Positions 27,878-37,907 of a DNA stretch of 60,898 bases are shown piece by piece; within the stretch, counting starts at the first letter, position 1; each line of letters opens with the position of its first letter. A model generated the notes under the pieces. It was not told the DNA's origin. It worked only from the letters and a program-made list of their open reading frames with translations, and did not search any database. A program made the position numbers and the translations under genes. Source of the DNA: a virus (Duplodnaviria > Caudoviricetes); IMG/VR virus record IMGVR_UViG_3300027821_000008, positions 1 to 60,898 of that record; one strand, given 5' to 3'.

Positions 27878-28912
27878 TTATGCTGGAATGCAATTAATTA
27901 TGGTGACCCACGCGCTTCCGTCTGGCGACTTTGAGTTGCCAACGTGGCGCACGGAAATTACCCTATAATTTCCTGTAAATGTCAGCGCGCTTGACTTGCC
28001 AATAAAGCCAGACTGATCGCCAGATCGGGTTAGTGAGTTTTGCGTTACCTGCGTTGATGGGAGGGACACTATGTCGCCAACACCTATATCACTACGCATT
28101 ATCAATTGTAATTGAGCCTCAGAGTTATTAACCCAAGTTGGCTGACCAACAAGGTCGACAAATGATATCGCCTTTGGCGCGGTTGCAGTTAGCGCATCAA
28201 AAACGCTAAAGCCACCACTTGGCGTTCTTATAATCTTAACTCCGTCGTAAATTGGCGCGGCCTGGCTGGCTGGGGCATTTGCAGACTTCGGTATAATAAC
28301 CTTTCCTGCGGTTAATTGAGTGATTGTTAGCGCCAGCTGGTCTAGCGACTTATATATGCCGTAGTGATCCTCTGTTGCTGTGATGCTCTGAATGCTGATG
28401 TTTATTATTTTTTTCGGATATGATAAAGACAGGCAGGATTTAATTGCGTCAGAAATCAAAGTGCCCTTTTTCCAAGAGAATACTATGCCGCCAGTTGGGT
28501 TGGCCGACAGGTCTACTGGAATTGACGATGCCAAAAGAATATCAAGAAATTGATTTGTTCCCTGCCAGTTGCCGAATGATTGCGCAACAATTCCGAATGT
28601 AATTGGCCCGTACTGCGATGCGCTCGCAAGCGGAAGGCCTGACGCCATTCCAGCGCTTACGGAAATATTGGCCGAGGGGCTTGCGTTTGGTTTTGGGAAT
28701 AGCTGTCTCGCGTACGATATATCCTGAATTGGGATTCCCCAAATCCTGATAAAATCATTGCCCGCGCCGGCATCGCCATACTGATTAACTGTGATGTCAA
28801 ATTCCACAAGTGGCGCGCCAGGGTTAAATATGCCGGCATCGCTATGGCTATTCCATCTGCGCAGAACATTGCCGCTTGTTGCGTCGGTCAATACAATATC
28901 AAATCTGCGCAT
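27878..28912 (-). CDS. baseplate hub protein
   Basis: Position; LVGQPTW and G.Y.V.SVRHVGN. Confidence 0.7.
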   Translation of the reverse strand: MRRFDIVLTDATSGNVLRRWNSHSDAGIFNPGAPLVEFDITVNQYGDAGAGNDFIRIWGIPIQDISYARQLFPKPNASPSANISVSAGMASGLPLASASQYGPITFGIVAQSFGNWQGTNQFLDILLASSIPVDLSANPTGGIVFSWKKGTLISDAIKSCLSLSYPKKIINISIQSITATEDHYGIYKSLDQLALTITQLTAGKVIIPKSANAPASQAAPIYDGVKIIRTPSGGFSVFDALTATAPKAISFVDLVGQPTWVNNSEAQLQLIMRSDIGVGDIVSLPSTQVTQNSLTRSGDQSGFIGKSSALTFTGNYRVISVRHVGNSKSPDGSAWVTIINCIPA

Positions 28913-28923
28913 CTGTCGGCCTT

Positions 28924-29196
28924 TTAATTGGTAACCTCAAAGGATTGTGACGACCCACGAAATACCATGGGCGTTTTAAAATATCCTGCATTTAGATTAA
29001 TGTCGGCAGAGTCAGAAGACTCCACAAGCGGCATAGTATATATGATATTTTGTCCGCTGTCAACAACCTGAACATAAAATCTTTGACCAAACAACGACCA
29101 CTTTGTTGTGATCGTGTATGTGGCCCCATCAAAAGAGGCCTGAAAACCAAAATTCCCAGCCGACTGTGATGTGAATGGTGTAATGGTTTTTGTCAT
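28924..29196 (-). CDS. small baseplate protein
   Basis: Synteny upstream of the hub; 90 aa. Confidence 0.6.
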   Translation of the reverse strand: MTKTITPFTSQSAGNFGFQASFDGATYTITTKWSLFGQRFYVQVVDSGQNIIYTMPLVESSDSADINLNAGYFKTPMVFRGSSQSFEVTN

Positions 29197-29204
29197 AATG
29201 TCTA

Positions 29205-29891
29205 TTAAAATAGGCCAGAAATATCTTGGATTGCGCCAGATGCGAAGTTGGATATTGATGCACCAATACCAGACCATGTTGGCTGAGTCAGAAATTGACC
29301 GCCAGCACTGATTTTTGACATTAGATTGTCTTGGGCCTGCTGAGCATCTTCAAGAGTGAGGAGGGGGCGCAAAAAGTCAAACTGGTATGCTGTTTGGACT
29401 TGCAGGTCATCAGGCACTGTAACGTCACGTATCGACGTCAATATGCAATTATCATAAATGCATGCTGGAGTCATTACCGTGTATGTGCCACCAAGATCGC
29501 GATGCTTATCAAGAGTCGCCTTCAGCAGAGTCATGGTTGCCGTCTTCAGAAAGAAGCCACCATCGCCACTTGCCGGGCAAAACATGATCATTGATATTGC
29601 GTTCGGATGAGTGATTACAGCGTTTGCAGCAACTGACTGATTGGCGAATGGATACAATCCAATCTGATTGTTTTGAAGCGTGGAGCCTGGCATCGGCTTG
29701 AACTTGGCGAAATAATCATCAAGATCAAGAATTCCGTCCAGGCTGCCATTAAGCAGGGACTCAACCGCGCCACCTGCCTGCAATAACGCAGCGATTGGCA
29801 TCGCCCCAAGGGTGAGGGATGCCACGCCGCCAGTAAGTACTATCGGGCTAATCTCATAGCCAAGCGAATATGCAGTTCTTAATACGCTCAT
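29205..29891 (-). CDS. tail tube initiator / baseplate protein
   Basis: Directly downstream of the tape measure gene. Confidence 0.6.
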   Translation of the reverse strand: MSVLRTAYSLGYEISPIVLTGGVASLTLGAMPIAALLQAGGAVESLLNGSLDGILDLDDYFAKFKPMPGSTLQNNQIGLYPFANQSVAANAVITHPNAISMIMFCPASGDGGFFLKTATMTLLKATLDKHRDLGGTYTVMTPACIYDNCILTSIRDVTVPDDLQVQTAYQFDFLRPLLTLEDAQQAQDNLMSKISAGGQFLTQPTWSGIGASISNFASGAIQDISGLF

Positions 29892-29894
29892 CGA

Positions 29895-31607
29895 TTAACT
29901 CCCAGATGCCTTTTGTGAGACGACTGATATATTGCCGCCGGTTTGGTCATTTATTGTTACGTTGCTATTTACGGACACATTGACATTCTGCGTTCTGGCT
30001 GCGTGCTTCATAATTGAGCCGTAGTATCCCTGGCCCTCTTTAGTTAGTCCGCTGCGCCAATTATTTCCAAGCTGCTTGATATCTTTGTCAACTGCGCCTT
30101 CGCCATCATGATATGCGGCAAATGCCTTCTCTTGATCTCCACCGTATCTCTTCATGAGATACTTCATGTACATGGCCTGAGCTTTGGCCGCCTTCTTTGG
30201 GTCAAGCATATCTTTTTGAGAATAGCCGAACCTATTTGCTGTGCCCTTGATAAACTGCGTAAGCCCGGTTGCAGACGAAGTCTTTGCCATGGCATTAGGG
30301 TCGCCGCCAGACTCTGTCAGCATTTGTGCTGCAAGCATTTGCGGAGACACGCCAGAAGATATTCCAGTGGATGCCGCCAGATCAACTAATTGCTGCGGGG
30401 ACAGCCTCCCGTTTTTTCCGAGAGACATTGCCTTGCCAGCCCCTGCGGTATTCGCGCCGCCAGAGTATTTCCATCCGGCATTTGGATTTTTCATCCATGT
30501 TGCGTTGGCGTTTTGATCTCCGCCCTCAACTGTCTTTTGCGCCTCTATTGTGGCTGCATTTTCTCCGTTTTGGTCGCTTTCGTTTGCGCCGAAGAAGTTA
30601 GTTCTAGACCAGAAAGACACCATCTTTTCTATGCCACCAGCCATTGTTAAAATCAGCGGGGTAAGCGTAGAGAATGCCTTCTGAATGCCAACGAAGGCCT
30701 CTGCCTTGATATTGGCAAATTGACGCATCACATCTTGAAACTTTTCCTGATCCTTGTCGGAGATTGCAAGCTTCTTGGCTTGCGCCTCTGTTGCCGAAAC
30801 AAGCTTGTCAACCTCTGCTGCCTTCATCTTGCTTAGACGCTGTAACTCGTCGGCAGACATAAACTGGTCATAGCCATACGTGCGTGCATTTTGGGCGCTA
30901 TATCCGCCCTGAGCGTCCATATCCTTTTTGATTTTTCTGATTACCTCAGCTGACAACTGAAAATTGTCTTTTTTGTCGTAATCATTTATGCCGAGTCTTG
31001 CAAAATTTATGTGCTTGTTGATATCGGTTTTGTTGGCCTGAATATTGCCAAGAAATGATTCAGCGTCAACAATTGGCGACAGGTTATTCTTTGCTGCGTT
31101 GAGCTGCGCAGATGTAACGCCAAGACCCTGTGATGCGCGGCGATCAGCGCCAGCGCCAGCAGCAGTGCCAGTATATATGCCGATTGCGCCGCCGATTACC
31201 GACTTGATGTCTCTTAGGGCAAATCCAGCAACAGCAACGTTCTTTGCGAAGTTAAACAGGCCAGAGTTTGCTTCATTCTCAGCAGCCTTGCGCTTCTTCA
31301 TGAATTCTTTGTCTTGGTCAAACTTATCCTTGCCAAGCTTGATTTCGTCTTTCGTGCTCTTGGCCCTGGCCTTGGCCGTATTGAGCGCATCAAGCGACGC
31401 AGAGCCACCGCCAGACGATCCGGACGATCCGCCAATACCTGAGCCGCCACCGCCAATCTTAACGCCACCAAGAGCGTCTACGAGTCTTTTGGCAGCCTCT
31501 GGGGACGTCTCTAATTGTTGGCGAAACTTATCAAAGCGGGAAATGAATGCGTCAAATTTGGAGGTCTCGACGTCGATCTGAACGACAACCTTTTTGTTAT
31601 CAGCCAT
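29895..31607 (-). CDS. tape measure protein with lytic transglycosylase domain
   Basis: Helical N-terminal region; TESGGDPNA..SSATGLTQF and AAYH.G SLT motifs. Confidence 0.85.
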   Translation of the reverse strand: MADNKKVVVQIDVETSKFDAFISRFDKFRQQLETSPEAAKRLVDALGGVKIGGGGSGIGGSSGSSGGGSASLDALNTAKARAKSTKDEIKLGKDKFDQDKEFMKKRKAAENEANSGLFNFAKNVAVAGFALRDIKSVIGGAIGIYTGTAAGAGADRRASQGLGVTSAQLNAAKNNLSPIVDAESFLGNIQANKTDINKHINFARLGINDYDKKDNFQLSAEVIRKIKKDMDAQGGYSAQNARTYGYDQFMSADELQRLSKMKAAEVDKLVSATEAQAKKLAISDKDQEKFQDVMRQFANIKAEAFVGIQKAFSTLTPLILTMAGGIEKMVSFWSRTNFFGANESDQNGENAATIEAQKTVEGGDQNANATWMKNPNAGWKYSGGANTAGAGKAMSLGKNGRLSPQQLVDLAASTGISSGVSPQMLAAQMLTESGGDPNAMAKTSSATGLTQFIKGTANRFGYSQKDMLDPKKAAKAQAMYMKYLMKRYGGDQEKAFAAYHDGEGAVDKDIKQLGNNWRSGLTKEGQGYYGSIMKHAARTQNVNVSVNSNVTINDQTGGNISVVSQKASGS

Positions 31608-31769
31608 GTACGCCCCAAAAAAATAACGCCCAGAGCAATTACTTTGCTCTGAGCGCCTGTGTTAAATATCTATCTCGAAACTCTTGCGCATCCTTGAATG
31701 CAAACTTGTGCTTCTTCACGAAGAATTCTTCCCATCCCCTGCCAGATAGCCATTGAAGGTAATCTGCAA

Positions 31770-32315
31770 TTAAGTGGTCGGCGTCTCGGAAGAACTCTCG
31801 TCTGTGGTCGATGTCGGCAAGGAATTCTTGTAATCCGTAATGCTCAAGTAGGTTCCCGCAAATGCCCACATTGTACCCATTTGTGACAGAACTATCTCCC
31901 TGTCCACTTTGCGGTTGAGCAAGGCTAAGGTAAAAAAAGCAAGGACGTTTTCCACCTCCTCCGCCTCGTCCTCCGATAGGAGTCCTTTTTGAACACAATC
32001 AAAGAATGGGCGGGTTTGCCATCCAGCATCAGTCAGTGTCATGACATTTGCTGAGCGCTTGATTTCATTCAAGAGTCCCTGCTCCACGTCATCGATAGTT
32101 CCAAGCTCTGTTGCCAGGCTGCGAATCAACTTTGCCGCGATGCGCGGACCGACGATGACTTGACCGTTTGTGTAGATGTCAGAGAATACACGCGACAATA
32201 CGATGATGTAACGATCAAATACTGTCTTGTGGATTGGTGTGGCGTGGATGTGAATCTCAGACCCATCATCAGCCGTGACCTTCATGACCAAATTCAGCTT
32301 CTTGTCAATCTTCAT
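31770..32315 (-). CDS. tail assembly chaperone
   Basis: Between tube and tape measure; overlapping -1 frame ORF runs to 31639. Confidence 0.65.
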   Translation of the reverse strand: MKIDKKLNLVMKVTADDGSEIHIHATPIHKTVFDRYIIVLSRVFSDIYTNGQVIVGPRIAAKLIRSLATELGTIDDVEQGLLNEIKRSANVMTLTDAGWQTRPFFDCVQKGLLSEDEAEEVENVLAFFTLALLNRKVDREIVLSQMGTMWAFAGTYLSITDYKNSLPTSTTDESSSETPTT

Positions 32316-32794
32316 TGGATGGCTCCGTGGGAGTGGGTTTGGATTGTTCTAGTTTGCGTCGGGCGTGGAGGGCCTTTCCAGCATCAGACATTTTTTTTCT
32401 TGTTTCTTCTGAGGCTCTTTTTCCTATTTTTGCGTCAGACAGTTTCTTTCTATGCTCTGTCGATAGCGCCCTGCCGACCTTAATGGATCGCATTTTTTTC
32501 TTTATGCTCTTCTGTGTGAAAAGCCCTTCCGGTTCCAGTAACATTACATGTCGGGCGATAAAGACGAAGAAGCTCAAGCTCCGCGTCCCGAGCCTGTCTG
32601 TCTTGCGCTTCTGTGAAAAATCCCAAAATCTCAATGGAATACCCGCGAACTGCCTCAAGCTTCCAGTCATCTGTCCTTGCCCTTTGGTCGAACGCACGCT
32701 CGAACCACCCATATCCAATATAGAATATCTCGCCAGTATCTTTCCGGCGATGGGCATACACGACAATTTTGTTGTATGGCACTTCAATTAACAT
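32305..32794 (-). pseudogene. GIY-YIG/NUMOD3 homing endonuclease split by a frameshift
   Basis: VVYAHRRKDTGEIFYIG in one frame and NUMOD3 repeats in the +1 frame, joined at an A7 run near 32493-32499. Confidence 0.7.
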
Positions 32795-32838
32795 ATTGTA
32801 ACTCCCTGCATGTAAGAAATAGTAACGCTATCTCAAAC

Positions 32839-32867
32839 ATTATAACACAAGGAGTTACGTTTGTCAA
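32839..32867 (-). promoter_or_regulatory. sigma70 promoter
   Basis: TTGACA-17 nt-TATAAT. Confidence 0.75.
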
Positions 32868-32876
32868 CTGTTATTT

Positions 32877-33317
32877 TTACACATTCCAAAGCGATTCATT
32901 GATAACGTCGTAACCGCGGATAGTCACGTCGAAGGATACGTTGCCGCCATCCATCGAGATCGAACCAAGGTTAGTGATGACGCAATTATGAAGTACTTTC
33001 TCAGGAACCGTTGCCGAATCAAATGTCAGGATAACTTGACCAATCCGGGTATCGCTACGATATTGTTGCGACCAGATGGTGGACAGGGCCTGCGCCCTGT
33101 TGATATGCAATGTCAAGTTGACGATTTGATAAGGGGAGGGGCTGTTCACCGTGGAAGTCATGGCGGGGATAATCTTTGCCATTTCGCCTTCGAATGTTGC
33201 GGTGATGCCGCCTTCTGCCAGGTTGTAGTTCAGAACGTTGAGTGCCGGATTGTTGGTAACGATAACGTTGGCACGCAGACGATTCAGGTTGCCTAACTGG
33301 ATCAGAGGTGTAGTCAT
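32877..33317 (-). CDS. tail tube protein
   Basis: 146 aa, immediately after the sheath. Confidence 0.75.
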   Translation of the reverse strand: MTTPLIQLGNLNRLRANVIVTNNPALNVLNYNLAEGGITATFEGEMAKIIPAMTSTVNSPSPYQIVNLTLHINRAQALSTIWSQQYRSDTRIGQVILTFDSATVPEKVLHNCVITNLGSISMDGGNVSFDVTIRGYDVINESLWNV

Positions 33318-33338
33318 TTTTAATTATCTCCAGATGGA

Positions 33339-34712
33339 TTAGGCGAACGACGAAACGTTCAGGTTAAACACGATCGACAGGAAGCCACGTTGCGGCGTAT
33401 AAACAGCACTCAGGCCAGCGTACTTGCCGGCTGCGTAGTCACTCGGGGACAGCGTGGTGTAGGTTGCAAACGGGACTGCGTTCATAACGCTGAAGCCCTT
33501 GTAGACGCCTTGCGACAGATTCGTCGAGAAGGTTGTCGGGTCCAGTTGAGTCTTTTGAACGGCGCCAGTTGCCAGGCCGAATGTGGATGCAGATTGCAGA
33601 ACCTGAGCCGCCTTAGCTGCCAAAACGTTGATGCCGTTCTGGTTGTAAAGCAAAGGAGCCAGCGGGTTGTTCGAGCCATTGATAACTGCATTTGCGAGTG
33701 CAAGATGCAAATTACTTTGAACCCAATCCACGGAGTACCAATATGTGAACGGTTGCGTGTCACCCATCGTGCCCCAGAATATAGCAACGTTTGTCAGGCC
33801 ACCTTCAGCAGTGTTGCCGATATAGTTGACGTTTGCAGCTTTGATTGCGGAGATGGTTGCTTGCGGAACGTTCAGGGCTGTGACGCCATATACGTATGCA
33901 AATGACAGCGGTGTAACTTGTGCGCTTGGGCTAGGATTGTAGCTCAGCGAAACGGCGAACGGTGCAGCGCAGGAGAATTCAGTCGTCGGGGCAGTTACAT
34001 CTTCAACCAGAGTGAACATCGATTTTGCCAGTTTGGCGGAGATCGAAGCATAGGTTGCCAGAGTTGCGGTAACGAAGAAGTACTGCATTGCGTTCGTTGC
34101 GGTGAACGTCGATGCCAGATTCAGGAAGGCTGCATTCGCGCCAAACACCTTCGGAACCAACAGCGAGTATGCAACGTTGACGTTTGCTGTCAGCCATGTA
34201 CCAAGATTGGTAACTGCGGTCGGGGTGTCGCTTGCGCCGAGTTCCAGAACGGTTACGGTATTTTGTGTGCCTTGTGCGAAGAACGTGCTAACTGCGGCAG
34301 CAACTTCGGCCACAGATTGCAGAATCCACGTGCCGGCAACAGTTTGTGCGCCAGGGTTGGATGCCAGCGCGTATGTGAATGTGCTTGCGCCGGTGATGGT
34401 AGCAAGATACGTGCCGTTATAGCCAGCAGGAGTAACGCCAGCGATAGTGATCAGGATTTGTGCGCCGTTGGTCAGTCCGTGAGCAACTGCCGTGGTTACT
34501 GTAACAACCGAGCCAGCCCAAGCTAATGATGCGTTAGACAGCGCGACCGGCTGTGAGCCAGTCAGATCGGCTACTTGAGTCAGCAGTTTTGTGCCGTTTG
34601 CGGCCAGCGTAGTTCCGCCGACAGAAACGATATAACCTGTGCGTTGCAGTGTCAGCAGCGCAGGTGCCAATGTTTGCGATACATTGACAGTTACGATTTG
34701 ATTAGCCGCCAT
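33339..34712 (-). CDS. tail sheath protein (DUF3383-like)
   Basis: YWYSVDWVQ and PLLYNQNGIN.L; 457 aa. Confidence 0.8.
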   Translation of the reverse strand: MAANQIVTVNVSQTLAPALLTLQRTGYIVSVGGTTLAANGTKLLTQVADLTGSQPVALSNASLAWAGSVVTVTTAVAHGLTNGAQILITIAGVTPAGYNGTYLATITGASTFTYALASNPGAQTVAGTWILQSVAEVAAAVSTFFAQGTQNTVTVLELGASDTPTAVTNLGTWLTANVNVAYSLLVPKVFGANAAFLNLASTFTATNAMQYFFVTATLATYASISAKLAKSMFTLVEDVTAPTTEFSCAAPFAVSLSYNPSPSAQVTPLSFAYVYGVTALNVPQATISAIKAANVNYIGNTAEGGLTNVAIFWGTMGDTQPFTYWYSVDWVQSNLHLALANAVINGSNNPLAPLLYNQNGINVLAAKAAQVLQSASTFGLATGAVQKTQLDPTTFSTNLSQGVYKGFSVMNAVPFATYTTLSPSDYAAGKYAGLSAVYTPQRGFLSIVFNLNVSSFA

Positions 34713-34724
34713 GGTATTCCTATG

Positions 34725-35657
34725 TTATTGAATGTAGAAGGATGAAAGTGCAGATGTGATGTAGCGTATTGCTTGCGCTCTCACCGCAGCTTGGTAATAA
34801 TTGATTGTAATACTGATGCTTTTCTTATTGGCAAGCGAATCAAACTCTGTGCTTGCCTTCTTGATATCTTTAATTACAGGCGAATTCATCAGGCCAATGT
34901 AATTTGATTCATTGCGTATGTAATCCGTGATGGACTTGTAGAAGTCCATTATCTGAGCATTGCGCAGTCCGTATGTTATGAATTCAACAGTCTCGCTAAC
35001 AAGCTGGTATTGCGATCCAGTTGCCGGGTCTATAATTGGCTCCGCCTGAAGCGCCTTCTGCGTGTTATCAAGAACATTTGCAGTGATGAACGGCAGCGGC
35101 CTGTTCTCTGGAGAAAGGAAGGCGGGATATACGGGCGCTACGCTTGTCATCGTCAGCCAGGCTGGTAGGCTGTTTGAAACAACAACAGACGATGCGTCAA
35201 ACGATCCAGGAGTGCTGACAACCTGGGCGGCGAATGCCGGAGAGAGCGATTTTCCTATGTAGTGAAATAGATTGGCTTGCTTGTATAAGCTATCTCTTCC
35301 GCCAAATGCGAATTGAAATCCGTCGATTGTGCCAATCCATAACTGAGAGCTGTCAATCGCCTCAAAGTCATCAATCTGAGACTCTGCTGTAAATACACAA
35401 TATCTACTCGTGTACACCTCGTCAGCGGCTCTTTCTTGCGAGTCAGAATAGTGAACCGAACCGCGAATTGTTTTTGTAACTGGATTGTTATTTATGTCCA
35501 GCGTGGCAACCCAATAAACATATCCGTCAATTGGAATTATATGCCTGTCGTAATGCGTAAATGTTACAGTCTGTCCGCCGCTAAGTGTCTCAACGCCAGC
35601 AGCCAAAGCAGATGCTAGCGCGCTATTTGCGCCTGACAGCTCAGACAGTTGAGCCAT
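34725..35657 (-). CDS. head-tail joining / tail completion protein
   Basis: Synteny upstream of the sheath. Confidence 0.55.
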   Translation of the reverse strand: MAQLSELSGANSALASALAAGVETLSGGQTVTFTHYDRHIIPIDGYVYWVATLDINNNPVTKTIRGSVHYSDSQERAADEVYTSRYCVFTAESQIDDFEAIDSSQLWIGTIDGFQFAFGGRDSLYKQANLFHYIGKSLSPAFAAQVVSTPGSFDASSVVVSNSLPAWLTMTSVAPVYPAFLSPENRPLPFITANVLDNTQKALQAEPIIDPATGSQYQLVSETVEFITYGLRNAQIMDFYKSITDYIRNESNYIGLMNSPVIKDIKKASTEFDSLANKKSISITINYYQAAVRAQAIRYITSALSSFYIQ

Positions 35658-35658
35658 A

Positions 35659-36117
35659 TCAGTCTTCCTTAAATAGAGCGAGCCTTAAAATTGCCAGCGC
35701 ATCGGCCTCGTTATCGTCGGCAGGATCAAATCCCAAATCCCGCGCAACCTGAATTATTTCTTCTTTCTTTGCATTTCCCTTGCCAGTCATTGCGCGCTTT
35801 ATTTCTGTAACGCCAAGCCCGACGCATATTATTCCGCTATGCGAACACACCATCTGAGTAATTCCAAGGTATGCTCCGTATGCGTGTGCTGCCATATATC
35901 CGGCATGACGACACACCTGCTCAAAATAAACCACAGATGGTTTAAGTTGTGATATTTTTTCTTGGTAGAAGTTGGCGAATGCGATGTACTTCTGCCCGTG
36001 ATTGACGGATGATGATGGCTTGCAGTTATATGATCCGCTGGATATAGCCCCAGTCTTGTCTCTGGCTGCCCATCCGGATTTTGTTCCAAGGTCAATTGCC
36101 AGAACAGACTTCTTCAT
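35659..36117 (-). CDS. ruvC: RuvC-like Holliday junction resolvase
   Basis: LAIDLGT, VYFEQV, TGKGNAKK and DNEADALA. Confidence 0.85.
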   Translation of the reverse strand: MKKSVLAIDLGTKSGWAARDKTGAISSGSYNCKPSSSVNHGQKYIAFANFYQEKISQLKPSVVYFEQVCRHAGYMAAHAYGAYLGITQMVCSHSGIICVGLGVTEIKRAMTGKGNAKKEEIIQVARDLGFDPADDNEADALAILRLALFKED

Positions 36118-36119
36118 AA

Positions 36120-36554
36120 TTATTCTCCGTCTTCGGAGACCCACGCATCAAAGCTTGATCTGTATAGCCCAGTATCAATAAATGATGGTCGACGCGGGCC
36201 GAATCCCTTTTTTAGTCTTGAGTTTGATCCAGAAAGTGCGGCTCTTGTTGGGACTCCAGGAACTCCCATCGACTCTATTTCTGAGTTAGAAAGAAATTCT
36301 TTGAACGCAGAAGATATTATTGATGTTGCAGCGCCGAGATTTATATTGCGTGACGATCCGGAGATAATTGCATCCATGGAGTCCTCAACGCCAATGGCTA
36401 TTGCATCTGCTATTGTCTCTTCGTGCTTTTGAATAAACGCGCCGACGATGCCGTAATCAAGCTCTAGCTGCCCTGCAACCTGTCCCGTTGTTTTAGTTTC
36501 TCCATCCTCAGACGGATACGGAACATCGTTCACACCGAGATTGATGGTTGTCAT
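36120..36554 (-). CDS. neck / tail completion protein
   Basis: RPSFIDTGLY motif; synteny. Confidence 0.6.
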   Translation of the reverse strand: MTTINLGVNDVPYPSEDGETKTTGQVAGQLELDYGIVGAFIQKHEETIADAIAIGVEDSMDAIISGSSRNINLGAATSIISSAFKEFLSNSEIESMGVPGVPTRAALSGSNSRLKKGFGPRRPSFIDTGLYRSSFDAWVSEDGE

Positions 36555-36563
36555 AATTTGCTA

Positions 36564-37004
36564 TCAGGAAATGTCCCAGAATGTACCGATTCTCTGACAT
36601 GCGGCCAAGAATGCCCTTCCGAATGGGTCTTTAAGAAGCTGCAATGAACCCATGTTTAGATTTTTAATAAAATCCGCCATGTCCATGTGCATGTTTGTCC
36701 CCTGATCTCCAGAAGAGTCAACGACGCCACCAGTAAAGCTATTTATGCCAAGAGTCTGGCGCAGATTCGTAAAGTACGTCTGGCCCGTCTGGTCATTTTG
36801 CCAGTTAATCAAATACGACACGCCGTAGTTATATACAGCAGTTGTGTATTGTAAATCACTAATATCCAGAAGCACGTCAGGCGTCAAATCTATCGCCATG
36901 TTATATGCAGCAAGAATGCCCGGATCATTCGCGGGCAAAACAGTGGTATTCATGCCAGCTACGTTGCGAACGTATGTGGTGAAATCCGTGATATTTACCG
37001 TCAT
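36564..37004 (-). CDS. head-tail adaptor (DUF4054-like)
   Basis: Synteny; LKDPFGRAFL C-terminal motif. Confidence 0.6.
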   Translation of the reverse strand: MTVNITDFTTYVRNVAGMNTTVLPANDPGILAAYNMAIDLTPDVLLDISDLQYTTAVYNYGVSYLINWQNDQTGQTYFTNLRQTLGINSFTGGVVDSSGDQGTNMHMDMADFIKNLNMGSLQLLKDPFGRAFLAACQRIGTFWDIS

Positions 37005-37016
37005 TGGAATGTCCAG

Positions 37017-37053
37017 AAAGAAAAATCCCAGAACCACTTCTGGCCTGGGATTT
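37017..37053 (-). terminator. Rho-independent terminator
   Basis: AAATCCCAG...CTGGGATTT stem followed by a T run. Confidence 0.6.
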
Positions 37054-37240
37054 GTGTTGGCACGGGAAAGTGTGCATGCAAGCAGAGGCGTCCCGCATCT
37101 TTGAATAAGTAGCCCGGCGTTGCACACGGGCGAGCTGTCATCGTTTAATTTTTATTATAGGGCGGATAACTTCCACAGGAGGGTACTCTTTTTAACTATT
37201 ATTGGTCGTCCCGGTGGTGGTCATTATTATTATTGGCAAA

Positions 37241-37705
37241 TCAGTCAACAGAGATGCGTTCCTTAATTTTAACTTCCTTGCCTGGCTTAGAGTCTTCAAC
37301 GATCTCAACTGCCAGGTTGCCGACGCCAACGCCTGCCTCTTGACCAAATTTCTTCAAATTCAAATCCATTGCTGCCGCTGCCGCTTTGCGCAACTCAAGA
37401 GCGCCTGCATTCAGGGCGTCGTCATTACCAACCATGACGTTGTCCATTGCATCGCGAGTGAATGGTACATCAAATTTTGCGACCAGACCGATGTAGTCTT
37501 TGTTGCCCTTGATTTCATCGCTCATTCGAAGTCCGTATGCCTTAAGCTGACCAATGATGATCAGGTGATCTTCTCGCGAGCCAACCTTGTAGATTTCAGC
37601 CTGCGAGCCAGCGCGGATTGTTTCAACAAAGTGGCGAGTTGCTTCCGGAAGGCGGTATGCAATTTCAACGTTTTGCTTGGTGGTATTTGCAATAAACAAA
37701 CTCAT
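37241..37705 (-). CDS. virion-associated hypothetical protein
   Basis: GGAG RBS; follows the capsid gene; own promoter near 37820-37848. Confidence 0.6.
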   Translation of the reverse strand: MSLFIANTTKQNVEIAYRLPEATRHFVETIRAGSQAEIYKVGSREDHLIIIGQLKAYGLRMSDEIKGNKDYIGLVAKFDVPFTRDAMDNVMVGNDDALNAGALELRKAAAAAMDLNLKKFGQEAGVGVGNLAVEIVEDSKPGKEVKIKERISVD

Positions 37706-37907
37706 AATCAAACTCCGATGGATATTAAATATCGTGTAACGTGGATTATCCGAAGATAATGTGGGTTTGGGTGTTTCAATTCACAAAACAACATAATGCA
37801 TTAATCACCGCAATGCACAAGTATATCACCTTGCGTCTTACGTGTCAAGAGATTAATTATGAATGGGGCCACGCTGTGGCCCCATACAAACAACATTTCA
37901 ACTAAGA

